A stretch of 64,000 bases of DNA from a bacterium. Its GTDB lineage: Bacteria; SAR324; NAC60-12. Shown here in pieces: positions 31,822-41,628 of this stretch. A program made the translations under genes and the position numbers. The stretch's first letter is position 1, and every line of letters begins with the position of its first letter. The DNA is taken from assembly GCA_965205865.1 (NCBI GenBank), contig CBDBHR010000025.1, positions 160,001-224,000 of the forward strand, in the 5' to 3' direction. Below the pieces are notes generated by a model, which was not told the origin of the DNA, did not search any database, and was given only the letters and a program-made list of their open reading frames with translations.

Positions 31822-33021
31822 ATGAGAGACAAAACCATGACAGGACCCCTCGACGGATACCGGATAATCGACACCACCCAAATGATTTCGGGTCCGGTTG
31901 CAACCCGCATTCTGGCAGACCAAGGGGCTGAAGTGATCAAAGTGGAAGCGCCCGGTCTTGGTGATCTTCTGCGTCACTTGGGAGACGACAAAAGCGGCAT
32001 CAGCTCCACTTTCGCTACCACCAACCGCAATAAGCGCTCGATTGTCCTTAATCTCAAGGAGTCACTGGGTCTGGAATTATTGAGGAAGTTAGTACGTACG
32101 GCAGATGTTTTTATCCAAAACTTCCGACCCGGCACCGCAGAACGTATGGGAATGGGAGAAGACGATCTGCGAATAATCAAAGCTGATCTGCTTTACGTTT
32201 CCATCAGCGGATTCGGAGAAAAGGGGCCCTACCGACACAAACGGGTTTATGACCCGATCATCCAGGCGCTTTCCGGGTTGGCGTCGATTCAAAAAAACAG
32301 AGATACTGGCAGACCACACATGGTCCGAGCCGTTATCCCTGATAAATTAACGGCCATCACGGCAGCGCAAGCAGTCACGGCAGGTCTGCTTTCCCGTGCC
32401 AGAACCGGCCAAGGACAGCATATCCGGCTTTCCATGTTGGACAGCATGCTTTCCTTCCTCTGGCCTGAAAGCATGTCTAACTACACTATCATCGAAAAAG
32501 AGCCCGGCCAGACTCGCGAAGAGTTGGCCCAGGATTTGATTTTTGAAACGAAAGACGGGTACATCACCGTTGGTACTGTTCAGGATGCGGAATGGAAAGG
32601 ATTGGCCACAGGTCTCGAACATCCGGAATGGCTTGAAGATCCACGGTTCAAAACAGCTGCAGATCGTCTAAAGAACGTTGTGGCACGTCTGGCTCTTACG
32701 GCTGAAGTGTTGAAAACGCGCACTACCGGCAAATGGCTGGAGGTGTTGGACTCCTATGAAGTGCCATGCGCTCCTGTTTTGAACCGGGAAGAAATCGTGG
32801 ATTCTCCTCAAGTGATTGCGAACGAGTTGATCGTGGAAAGCAATCATCCACGAATCGGCCGCATCCGCCAGGCACGGGGGGCAGCTCGCTTTGATCAAAC
32901 CTCGACCCATCATTTTCGCCCGGCCCCCACTTTAGGAGAACACACGGATGAAATCCTGTGCGAGCTCGGACTTTCCTTGGAAGACATCGCCATCTTACGG
33001 AGCAACCAGGTGGTCGCTTGA
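31822..33021 (+). CDS. CaiB/BaiF family (class III) CoA transferase
   Basis: LADQGAEVIKVE, NRNKRS, NFRPG, SISGFG, YDPIIQA, APTLGEHT. Confidence 0.93.
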   Translation: MRDKTMTGPLDGYRIIDTTQMISGPVATRILADQGAEVIKVEAPGLGDLLRHLGDDKSGISSTFATTNRNKRSIVLNLKESLGLELLRKLVRTADVFIQNFRPGTAERMGMGEDDLRIIKADLLYVSISGFGEKGPYRHKRVYDPIIQALSGLASIQKNRDTGRPHMVRAVIPDKLTAITAAQAVTAGLLSRARTGQGQHIRLSMLDSMLSFLWPESMSNYTIIEKEPGQTREELAQDLIFETKDGYITVGTVQDAEWKGLATGLEHPEWLEDPRFKTAADRLKNVVARLALTAEVLKTRTTGKWLEVLDSYEVPCAPVLNREEIVDSPQVIANELIVESNHPRIGRIRQARGAARFDQTSTHHFRPAPTLGEHTDEILCELGLSLEDIAILRSNQVVA

Positions 33022-33049
33022 AACGGACAACGACAGTCATACAACGATC

Positions 33050-34636
33050 ATGACCGACGCATACTGGAATCAACCATATCCTGCAACACGTCGCCCCATT
33101 CTTGCCAGAAACGTTGTTGCGACTTCGCAACCCCTCGCCGCCCAAGCCGGTCTGGAGATGTTCCGCCGCGGTGGCAATGCAATGGACGCCGCGCTGGCAA
33201 CTGCCATTGCTCTCACGGTTGTGGAACCTACCTCCAACGGCATTGGCAGTGATGCGTTCGCCTTGTTCAATCAGGGAAATCATTTGCTGGGCCTGAATGC
33301 TTCCGGGAAAAGTCCCGGGGGTTGGTCCCGTGAATATTTTTCCAAATACGCGGAGATGCCGTATAAAGGCTGGGACACGGTCACGGTCCCCGGCGCGGTA
33401 TCCGCATGGGTCGAGTGTTCCCAAAACTATGGGAAATTGGAGTTTGTTGAATTATTTGAACCTGCCATTCGCTACGCCAAGGAAGGTTTCCTTGTCTCTC
33501 CTGTGACCGCAAACAGTTGGGCAATGCAGGTCGATCGTTTTCGTGACCGGCAAGATTTGTTTTCAACGTTTGCGCCAAACGGACGAGCTCCCCGACCTGG
33601 AGAACTCTTCAAGTGTCCGTATCATGCCACAACCTTGGAAAAGATTGCCGGAAGCAAAGGAGAAGCTTTTTATCGAGGAGAACTGGCTGAAAAAATTGTT
33701 ACCCATTGTAAAGCCCAGGGAGGCGCCATGGAACTCGAGGATTTGGCCTCGCACCAGCTTGAGTGGGTCTCGCCTCTCTCCATTGATGTCCATAATTTCG
33801 ATCTTTACGAAATCCCCCCCAATGGCCAGGGTTTGGCCGCCTTGATTGCTCTCGGAATTTGCCGGTACTTCAATCTGAAAAACCTGGCGCCCGAGTCTGC
33901 CGATGCTCTGCACGTCCAGTTGGAAGCGATGAAATTGGCATTTGCCGATTTGTATTCGCATGTATCCGACCCTGCAACCATGCAGGTTCCTCCTCAAACT
34001 TTTCTGGAACCCGACTACTTGGAGCAACGAGCTGGGCAAATCAATATGAAACAAGCCGGCATTCGACAAACCGGCATTCCTTTGCAAGGTGGCACTGTTT
34101 ATCTTTGTAGCGGTGACCGGGACGGGATGATGGTTTCTTTCATTCAATCCAACTATGCCGGTTTTGGCTCGGGAGTGGTTGTTCCGGAAACAGGAATCAG
34201 TTTGCAGAACCGGGGAGCAGGCTTTGTCCTCGACAAAAATCATCCAAATTGCGTCGACGGTGGGAAACGCCCCCTGCATACGATCATTCCCGCAATGATT
34301 TACCAGGACGGTCGACCTCGATCCGCCTTTGGCGTCATGGGGGGACACATGCAAGCTCAGGGACACCTGCAGATGATGTTACGTTTCACGCTGTGGAATC
34401 AAAATCCCCAAACTGCTCTGGATGCTCCACGCTGGATGATCAATAATCCCGGTGAAATCTGGATTGAAGAAGGAATCACCTCCTCTGCCCTCGATGAATT
34501 GAGCAGCCGTGGTCACCAAATTACAGTCCATCCCAGGGGGCCCAATTTCGGTGGAGGACAGTGCGTTTGGAAGCTGGAAGATGGCTATCTGGGTGCCAGT
34601 GAGCCGCGAAAGGACGGACAAGCCGTCGGATTTTAA
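33050..34636 (+). CDS. ggt: Gamma-glutamyltransferase family protein
   Basis: GGNAMDAA, VVEPTSNGIGSD, PPNGQG, nucleophile GTVY, QNRG, KRPLHTIIP, FGVMGG. Confidence 0.92.
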   Translation: MTDAYWNQPYPATRRPILARNVVATSQPLAAQAGLEMFRRGGNAMDAALATAIALTVVEPTSNGIGSDAFALFNQGNHLLGLNASGKSPGGWSREYFSKYAEMPYKGWDTVTVPGAVSAWVECSQNYGKLEFVELFEPAIRYAKEGFLVSPVTANSWAMQVDRFRDRQDLFSTFAPNGRAPRPGELFKCPYHATTLEKIAGSKGEAFYRGELAEKIVTHCKAQGGAMELEDLASHQLEWVSPLSIDVHNFDLYEIPPNGQGLAALIALGICRYFNLKNLAPESADALHVQLEAMKLAFADLYSHVSDPATMQVPPQTFLEPDYLEQRAGQINMKQAGIRQTGIPLQGGTVYLCSGDRDGMMVSFIQSNYAGFGSGVVVPETGISLQNRGAGFVLDKNHPNCVDGGKRPLHTIIPAMIYQDGRPRSAFGVMGGHMQAQGHLQMMLRFTLWNQNPQTALDAPRWMINNPGEIWIEEGITSSALDELSSRGHQITVHPRGPNFGGGQCVWKLEDGYLGASEPRKDGQAVGF

Positions 34637-34729
34637 CTTGAAAACGATCTCCCTTGCGGACAATATGATGCCTTCAGTCCCCATTCGAAGCTTCCTGGAA
34701 AGAATTAACCCTGCAAAATAATCTCAAGA

Positions 34730-34828
34730 GGAGATGGATGCGTCACTGGTGGGCGCCCCGGGCTTCAAACCCGCGCGTGTGGTACTAACACTGTCACAGG
34801 TGAGTTCGATTCTCACACATCTCCGCCA
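34730..34828 (+). tRNA. selC: tRNA-Sec (TCA)
   Basis: GGAGATG/CATCTCC-G-CCA, TGGT D-loop, CTTCAAA anticodon loop, long variable arm TGTGGTA/TGTCACA, GTGAG-TTCGATT-CTCAC; 99 nt. Confidence 0.88.
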
Positions 34829-34991
34829 TTGAATTTTATTCAAAAATTGAAAAAATGAGAGTAAACACGGGGGCTGTCAATGCCCCTCTATTTCACTGTC
34901 AGAAATAAATAATATCTGAAAAGAAAATATATCCGCATGCGCACTCTTATTGATACTCTACAAATTTTGAATTGCCTTTAAATTCGTTGCT

Positions 34992-35366
34992 ATGAAAAAA
35001 AATGAGAAAACCGGACTGATACGAATCCGGAAAGCTTTTTTCTATTCATGGGATGGTTTGAATGCGGCTTTTCAGAACGAAGCGGCTTTCCGGCAGGAAG
35101 TATTGCTTGCCTGTTTGATGATTCCAATTCCTTTATTTCTCTCAATCAGTATTCCGATGAGAGCCATGATGATTGGCAGTTTGTTCCTGGTGCTGATAGT
35201 TGAAATTCTCAATTCTGCGATTGAAGCGATTGTGGACCGTATCTCTTTGGAACGTCACCCGTTATCAAAACGGGCCAAAGATTTGGGGAGTGCCGCCGTG
35301 TTTTTGAGCCTGATCAACGTCCTGGGAATCTGGCTGCTCGGATTTCGAGAATGGCTTCAACAATGA
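34992..35366 (+). CDS. dgkA: Diacylglycerol kinase
   Basis: EAAFRQE, VEILNSAIEAIVDR, HPLSKRAKDLGSAAV. Confidence 0.95.
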   Translation: MKKNEKTGLIRIRKAFFYSWDGLNAAFQNEAAFRQEVLLACLMIPIPLFLSISIPMRAMMIGSLFLVLIVEILNSAIEAIVDRISLERHPLSKRAKDLGSAAVFLSLINVLGIWLLGFREWLQQ

Positions 35367-35890
35367 ATCTAAACTATATTTTCGGATTACTTGATATATT
35401 TCAGTCAAGACATGTAGAGTTGCCCCGGAGCGGGATGCCGGACTAATTTCCGATCGTGCTGATCCAAGCCCTCATCAGGGTGGCAGGACGATCCTGATCC
35501 ATCTGAAAATGAATAAGCAGTGAACTAAAAGAAAACAGGTGAAAACGGACGTGAAATCGCAGGACAATGTTGCCATTGCTGGTTACGAAGCCGAACTGTG
35601 GCGCATGGCCGACACCCTGCGCGGCAGCATGGATGCCGCCGAATACAAGCACGTCGTCCTCGGCCTCATCTTCCTCAAATACATCTCCGACGCCTTCGAG
35701 GAAATGCGCGCCCGCCTCGAAGAAGAGCGCGCGCAAGGCGCTGACCCTGAAGATCCCGACGAGTATCGCGCCGAGAACATCTTCTGGGTGCCGGCCAAAG
35801 TGCGTTGGATACAGCTCAAGGCGCAGGCGAAGCAACCTGCCATCGGCCAACTCGTCGACGACGCAATGGCCGGGATCGAGCATGACAATC
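35362..35890 (+). repeat. Copy 1 of duplicated leader + hsdM 5' block
   Basis: Near-identical to 39702-40231 from AATGAATCTAAA onward, with scattered substitutions. Confidence 0.95.
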
Positions 35891-36307
35891 CGCAGCTCTT
35901 CTCCCTCTCCCTCGAAGGGAGAGGTCCGGGGTGAGGGTGCCGCCACGGAGCTTGCTCTTCTTTTTCCCTCTCCCTCGAAGGGAGAGGTCCGGGGTGAGGG
36001 TGCCGCCACGGAGCTTGCTCTTCTTTCTCCCTCTCCCTCGAAGGGAGAGGTCCGGGGTGAGGGTGCCACCACGGAGCTTGCTCTTCTTTCTCCCTCTCCC
36101 TCGAAGGGAGAGGTCCGGGGTGAGGGTGCCGCCACGGAGCTTGCTCTTCTTTTTCCCTCTCCCTCGAAGGGAGAGGTCCGGGGTGAGGGTGCCGCGATTT
36201 ACCGCGATATTCCCGGTTTTTGCAAAAGCGCAACCGTGAATTCGGACGTTGCCATCAAGAACAACTTCAAGGCGGTGGATTTCCCACTAGGAGGAAAATG
36301 CTCATGA
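35539..36307 (+). pseudogene. hsdM: Internally deleted, frameshifted hsdM
   Basis: Matches the N-terminal ~115 aa of the 39880 gene, jumps out of frame to the repeat region and [13 protein letters not shown], then to a C-terminal remnant. SAM-binding and NPPF motifs are missing. Confidence 0.9.
35900..36190 (+). repeat. Tandem array, five hairpin cores, 63-bp period
   Basis: CCCTCTCCCTCGAAGGGAGAGGTCCGGGGTGAGGGT cores separated by near-identical linkers. Confidence 0.95.
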
Positions 36308-36549
36308 CAGTCAATGAGTTGATCGAACTACTCCAAAAATATCCCGCCGGACTGCGCGTAGTAGTGAACGGTTACGAAGAGGGTTACGACGACCTCTCAC
36401 CGCAACAAATCTCTATTGCGACGATTTGCCTGAACACCGGGGTCCATCTCTGGCAAGGCCGGCATGGAGACCCGTCCTTCTCGATGGAAGGGACCACGGA
36501 CGAGGAAGAAACCGTCGATGCTCTGGTCCTCCGTCGCGAATCCAATTGA
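36304..36549 (+). CDS. Small hypothetical protein
   Basis: SD AGGAGG; ATGA overlap with the hsdM remnant; MTVNELIELLQKYP...VVVNGYEEGYDD. Confidence 0.7.
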   Translation: MTVNELIELLQKYPAGLRVVVNGYEEGYDDLSPQQISIATICLNTGVHLWQGRHGDPSFSMEGTTDEEETVDALVLRRESN

Positions 36550-36572
36550 TGGAGGCAATCCGAAGGCAGAAC

Positions 36573-36989
36573 ATGGTCGATCACGAAAAATTTCGAATGT
36601 CGCTCAAGCGACTGGAAGAGCAGTACGGGAATTACCCGGCACACGACACTTGCTTGCCCGATTTGATTCGGGAAGCTGTCGCAGAATCAGCAATCCAGCG
36701 TTTCGAGACCTGCTATGACTGTTTGTGGAAGGTATTGAGACGATACCTGATTGAAGAATTGGGTCTCGCGGAAACGCCCAACAGCCCCAAGCCCCTCTTT
36801 AAACTGACTCACGAGAACACTCTATTCGACGCATCACTGGAGCAATGGCTGATCTATGCGGACAGGCGCGTAGATACGACCCACGACTACAGAGGTGAGA
36901 AAACACAAGCCTGCCTGGACATCATGGACGATTTCATCGACGACGCCATCGGCCTCTACCAGACCATGAGCGGGGAGACATGGGGATAA
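36573..36989 (+). CDS. HEPN toxin (HepT/HI0074-like), copy 1
   Basis: [17 protein letters not shown]4HXY motif RVDTTHDY. Confidence 0.85.
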   Translation: MVDHEKFRMSLKRLEEQYGNYPAHDTCLPDLIREAVAESAIQRFETCYDCLWKVLRRYLIEELGLAETPNSPKPLFKLTHENTLFDASLEQWLIYADRRVDTTHDYRGEKTQACLDIMDDFIDDAIGLYQTMSGETWG

Positions 36990-39203
36990 ACCGGCCCATC
37001 GACATCACGGCGGAGCAGCGCAAAACACTTCTGGCGTTGCTCGAGAAGCATTTACCGAACACGACCACCTGGGTCTATGGCTCTCGTATCCAATGGAATG
37101 CGCGGCCTCAATCCGATCTCGACATGGTGGTCTTCACATCCCCATCGCAAGAAAGCCACGTATCCGCGCTCAGGGAAGCTCTCGAAGAAATCAACCTCCC
37201 ATTTCGCGTCGATCTGTTCGTCTGGGACGATGTGCCTGAGTCTTTCCGAAAGCACATCAAGAGGGATCATATCGTGTTGATTGCAACCAACCATTCCGAC
37301 GGCTCCGAGAGCCACCTGGAAGTGGCGGACAAAGACCACGTGGTATTTCGGGAAAAAATGGGAAGAAAGCCTCAAGTAAATGGTGAGTGGCATAAGGGTT
37401 GGTGCGAACTGCCATTTAGCGAAGCAGTCCAACTCAACCCAACAGTCTCTATCAACCGCGGTACTGTTTACCCGTTCGTCGACATGAGCGCCGTAAACGT
37501 CGGTTCTCGCTTCGCATACGCTTCGGAGCAACGCCTATTCAAGGGAGGAGGCTCCAGATTCCGGAACGGAGACACCCTGATGGCTCGTATCACTCCTTGC
37601 TTGGAGAATGGCAAGATTGCGCGCTACCAAGCAGTCGACTCCGTCAGCGTCGGGCATGGCTCGACGGAGTTCATAGTCATACGTGGACGCCCGAAGATTA
37701 CAGACAACGATTTCGTCTACTACCTGACCAAATGGGAGGAAGTCCGCAATTATGTGATTGGGCAGATGACTGGAACCTCTGGCAGACAGCGAGTGCCCAC
37801 GGACGCTTTGGACCATCTGATGGTTCCCCTTCCACCCTTATCCGAACAACGCGCCATCGCCCACATCCTGGGCACGCTGGACGACAAGATCGAGTTGAAC
37901 CGGCGCATGAACGAGACCTTGGAAGCGATGGCGCGGGAGCTGTTCAAATCCTGGTTCGTCGATTTCGATCCCGTCCATGCGAAAGCCACCCTGAAACGCC
38001 AAAGCCCTCCGCCAAAACCAGACAAATGCGGAGGGACTCCTCTGGCACTACTTGCGCAACAAACAACTGGACGGTCACAAATTTCGACGTCAACAGCCAA
38101 TAGGCCCCTACATCGTGGACTTTGCCTGCATGCCCCGGAAATTGATCGTCGAACTGGATGGTGGCCAACATGCTAAACAAGAAGCCAATGATGACAAGCG
38201 TAATACATATTTAAAGGACAAGGGTTTCCGCATACTGCGCTTCCGGAACAACGAAGTCTTCGAGAATTGTTTCGGCGTACTGGAGAGCATTTATACCGCC
38301 CTGCATCATCACCCTCCCCTCGAGGGAGGGTCGAAAGACGCCAGTCTTTCGGGGAGGGGCTCCCCCCCACCGCATCAACCGTCGCCTGCCGGCTCGGTTT
38401 CTGCGACTCCCCCTCGAGGGGGGAGTGAGTGGACCCCGGAACGCGCCCGCGCCTATCTCGACAGCATGGACGACGACATCATGTCCCTGTTCCCCGACAG
38501 TTTCGAAGACTCAGAATTGGGAAAGATTCCAAAGGGGTGGGAGGTGAAGACGTTGGAGGAGAATGGAACGATAATCACGGGCAAAACTCCGAGCACTCGT
38601 AACCCGAATTTCTACGGAGATGACGTTCCGTTGTTGAAGATCCCCGATATGCGCGGAAAGATACATGTAGTGGAAACAAGCACGATGCTTTCAAGAGAGG
38701 GAGCGTCCTCACAACCGACAAAGGCCCTATCTTCCGGTAGCGTTTCAGTCAGTTGCATAGCCTCGCCGGGTTTGGTTGTCTTGAATCACCAAGAGACCCA
38801 TACCAACCAGCAAATCAACAGCATCATCCCTAAAGACAAGCGAGCTGGCAAATATCTATTCTGGACATGTAGAAGACTGTCGACAGAAATAATTTCGGGG
38901 AGTAGCGGAGGATCTATTTTTGGCAATATGAACAAGTCAACATTTGGCGCCCTACTAATCCTGAACCCGGAGTCAACGCTTGTTCGCATGTTTGATATTT
39001 TGATCACTCCAATACACAACCAAATACTATTGAATGAGCAACAAAAAATTCTACTAACACGCATCCGGGACATTCTGCTGCCAAAATTAATGTCGCGGAA
39101 ATATTCGATACTTTCGCATACAGTTATGGTCAAGTGGATGAAGGAACACTTTATCGATACGCGCAATCGAGGATTCCCGAATTGCAACAGCCGTATCTCC
39201 TGA
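36980..39203 (+). pseudogene. hsdS: MNT::HsdS(TRD)::DUF559::TRD fusion, frameshifted and 3'-truncated
   Basis: Split into ORFs 36980-38176 and 38052-39203 by a 116-bp deletion relative to copy 2; HsdS similarity ends at LLPKLMS (~39095). Confidence 0.88.
38309..38428. repeat. Inverted pair of REP-like double hairpins (copy 1)
   Basis: Homologous to 45069-45188. Confidence 0.85.
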
Positions 39204-39706
39204 TTCTGTCTACGATCAGCACCCATGCTCCTTATTATTTTCCGGATTCGATTAATTTCAATGGAAATGCAAACGCGAGAGCGGCCTATCATTATGCGGA
39301 CAATGAACTGGGGAAATTTATCCGGTTTTTCGACGATTCCCCATTGTTCGAGGATAGACTGCTTCTGATCACGGTGGACACGGCAACGGGATGGTGTCCT
39401 CTTTTCGGGAAAGATTCTGAATATGGAAGGATGATTCATTCCCAGAAAGTTCCTTTACTCTTCTATTATCAAGGACTAAAACACCCTGTGATTATTGATA
39501 TTCCTGGCGCCCACTATGATATTGCTCCCACTCTGTTGAATATTCTCGGAATTGAATATCAAGCTTCTTTTATAGGGAAGAATCTCTTTGAAAAAGAGGG
39601 TTTGACAGGAAGAGCCATTCTATTCAACAGAAGCTCCTATCGCGGTCTGTTGCAAGGGAGTTGTATTCATTACCATCAAATGCACTCTCTCCTTGCAATT
39701 AAATGA
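39095..39706 (+). pseudogene. Fragment of LTA synthase / sulfatase family gene
   Basis: STISTHAPY, YHYADNELGKF, KVPLLFY, HYDIAPTLLNILG, FIGKNL; no N-terminus; fused to the end of hsdS copy 1. Confidence 0.75.
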
Positions 39707-40231
39707 ATCTAAAACTATATTTTCGGATTACTTGATATATTCCAGTCAAGACATGTAGAGTTGCCCCGGAGCGGGATGCCGGACTAATTTCCGATCGTGC
39801 TGATCCAAGCCCTCATCAGGGTGGCGGGACGATCCTGATCCATCTGAAAATGAATAACCAGTGAACTAAAAGGAAACAGGTGAAAACGGATGTGAAATCG
39901 CGGGACAATGGCGCCATCACGGGTTACGAAGCCGAACTGTGGCGCATGGCCGACACCCTGCGCGGCAGTATGGATGCCGCCGAATACAAGCACGTCGTCC
40001 TCGGTCTCATCTTCCTCAAATACATCTCCGATGCCTTCGAGGAAATGCGCGCCCGCCTCGAAGAAGAGCGCACACAAGGCGCTGACCCGGAAGACCCGGA
40101 CGAGTATCGCGCCGAGAACATCTTCTGGGTGCCGGCCAAAGCGCGTTGGACACAGCTCAAGGCGCAGGCGAAGCAGCCCACCATCGGCCAACTCGTCGAC
40201 GACGCAATGGCCGGGATCGAGCATGACAACC
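39702..40231 (+). repeat. Copy 2 of duplicated leader + hsdM 5' block
   Basis: Near-identical to 35362-35890. Confidence 0.95.
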
Positions 40232-41628
40232 CGGCGCTCAGGGACGTGCTGCCCAAGGATTATGCGCGCCCCGCGCTTGATAAACAACGACTCGGCCAAC
40301 TCATCGACATGATTAGTAATATCAGAGTGGGTGATCAGGAAGCGCGCTCCAAGGACGTGCTGGGTCGCGTGTACGAGTATTTCCTCTCTCAGTTCGCCAG
40401 CGCCGAAGGCAAGAAAGGAGGCGAATTCTACACCCCGCGTTGCGTCGTCAAGCTTCTTGTCGAGATGCTCGAACCCTGGCAGGGACGAGTTTACGATCCC
40501 TGTTGCGGTTCGTCCGGCATGTTTGTGCAATCTGTCGAATTCATCCGAGCCCACGCTACCGGAAACGGCAATGGCGGGAAAATACCACGGGGCGCCAAGG
40601 CTGTCTCCATCTATGGCCAGGAATCGAACTATACGACCTGGCGGCTTGCCAGAATGAACCTCGCCATTCGAGGTATCGAAGGTCAGATTGCTCACGGTGA
40701 CACCTTCCACAATGACCGCCACCCCGACCTCAAGGCGGACTTCATCCTCGCCAATCCGCCATTCAATATTTCCGACTGGGGAGGGGGGCAACTCACTGAC
40801 GACAAGCGCTGGCAATACGGCATCCCACCCAAGGGCAACGCCAACTTCGCTTGGGTGCAGCACATCGTCCATCACCTCGCGCCCAATGGCACAGCCGGCT
40901 TCGTCCTGGCCAACGGATCGATGTCGTCGAACCAGTCTGGTGAGGGAAATATCCGCAAAAGCCTGATCGAAGCGGACCTGGTGGACTGCATGGTAGCGCT
41001 GCCGGGCCAACTCTTCTATTCCACTCAGATTCCCGCCTGTCTCTGGTTCCTGGCAAGGGACCGCCACACCTCCCGCGGCAAGGTGGGTCTGCTATCCGGG
41101 CGTGACCGGCGCGGCGAAGTGCTCTTCATCGACGCGCGCAAACTGGGCCGTATGGTCGACCGCACTCACCGCGAGCTGACCCATGAGGACGTTTCCCGCA
41201 TCGCCGACACCTACCACGCTTGGCGCAACTCTTCTCCCTCTCCCTCGAAGGGAGAGGGCCGGGGTGAGGGTACGACGACGAAGCTTTCTCCCTCTCCCTC
41301 GCAGGGAGAGGGCCGGGGTGAGGGTGCGACGACGGAGCTTTCTCCGTCTCCCTCGAAGGGAGAGGGCCGGGGTGAGGGTGACGCGATTTACCATGATATT
41401 CCCGGATTCTGCAAAAGCGCGACCTTGGATGAGGTACGCAAACACGGTCATACCCTCACCCCTGGCCGCTACGTAGGGGCAGAGCGACAAGAAGACGATG
41501 GCGAGCCATTCGAAGTCAAGATGGGGCGCCTCACCGCCCAGTGGCGCGAACAACAGTCTGAAGCCACCAGACTAGACGCTGCTATTGCCGCTAACCTGAA
41601 GTTACTCGGATTTGGAGAAAACCGATGA
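39880..41628 (+). CDS. hsdM: Type I R-M methyltransferase subunit M
   Basis: [37 protein letters not shown]. Confidence 0.96.
   Translation: MKTDVKSRDNGAITGYEAELWRMADTLRGSMDAAEYKHVVLGLIFLKYISDAFEEMRARLEEERTQGADPEDPDEYRAENIFWVPAKARWTQLKAQAKQPTIGQLVDDAMAGIEHDNPALRDVLPKDYARPALDKQRLGQLIDMISNIRVGDQEARSKDVLGRVYEYFLSQFASAEGKKGGEFYTPRCVVKLLVEMLEPWQGRVYDPCCGSSGMFVQSVEFIRAHATGNGNGGKIPRGAKAVSIYGQESNYTTWRLARMNLAIRGIEGQIAHGDTFHNDRHPDLKADFILANPPFNISDWGGGQLTDDKRWQYGIPPKGNANFAWVQHIVHHLAPNGTAGFVLANGSMSSNQSGEGNIRKSLIEADLVDCMVALPGQLFYSTQIPACLWFLARDRHTSRGKVGLLSGRDRRGEVLFIDARKLGRMVDRTHRELTHEDVSRIADTYHAWRNSSPSPSKGEGRGEGTTTKLSPSPSQGEGRGEGATTELSPSPSKGEGRGEGDAIYHDIPGFCKSATLDEVRKHGHTLTPGRYVGAERQEDDGEPFEVKMGRLTAQWREQQSEATRLDAAIAANLKLLGFGENR
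41233..41379 (+). repeat. In-frame tandem array, three hairpin cores, 54-bp period, inside hsdM
   Basis: CCCTCTCCCTCGAAGGGAGAGGGCCGGGGTGAGGGT-type cores encoding [13 protein letters not shown]. Confidence 0.95.

Noticed and set aside
35900-36190. CRISPR array
   Set aside because: Linkers between the palindromic cores are near-identical rather than unique spacers, the array lies in an hsdM frame, and no cas genes are present.
39784-41067. 427-aa antisense ORF (similar ones occur opposite hsdR and the kinase)
   Set aside because: Shadow frames of GC-rich, well-supported genes on the other strand.
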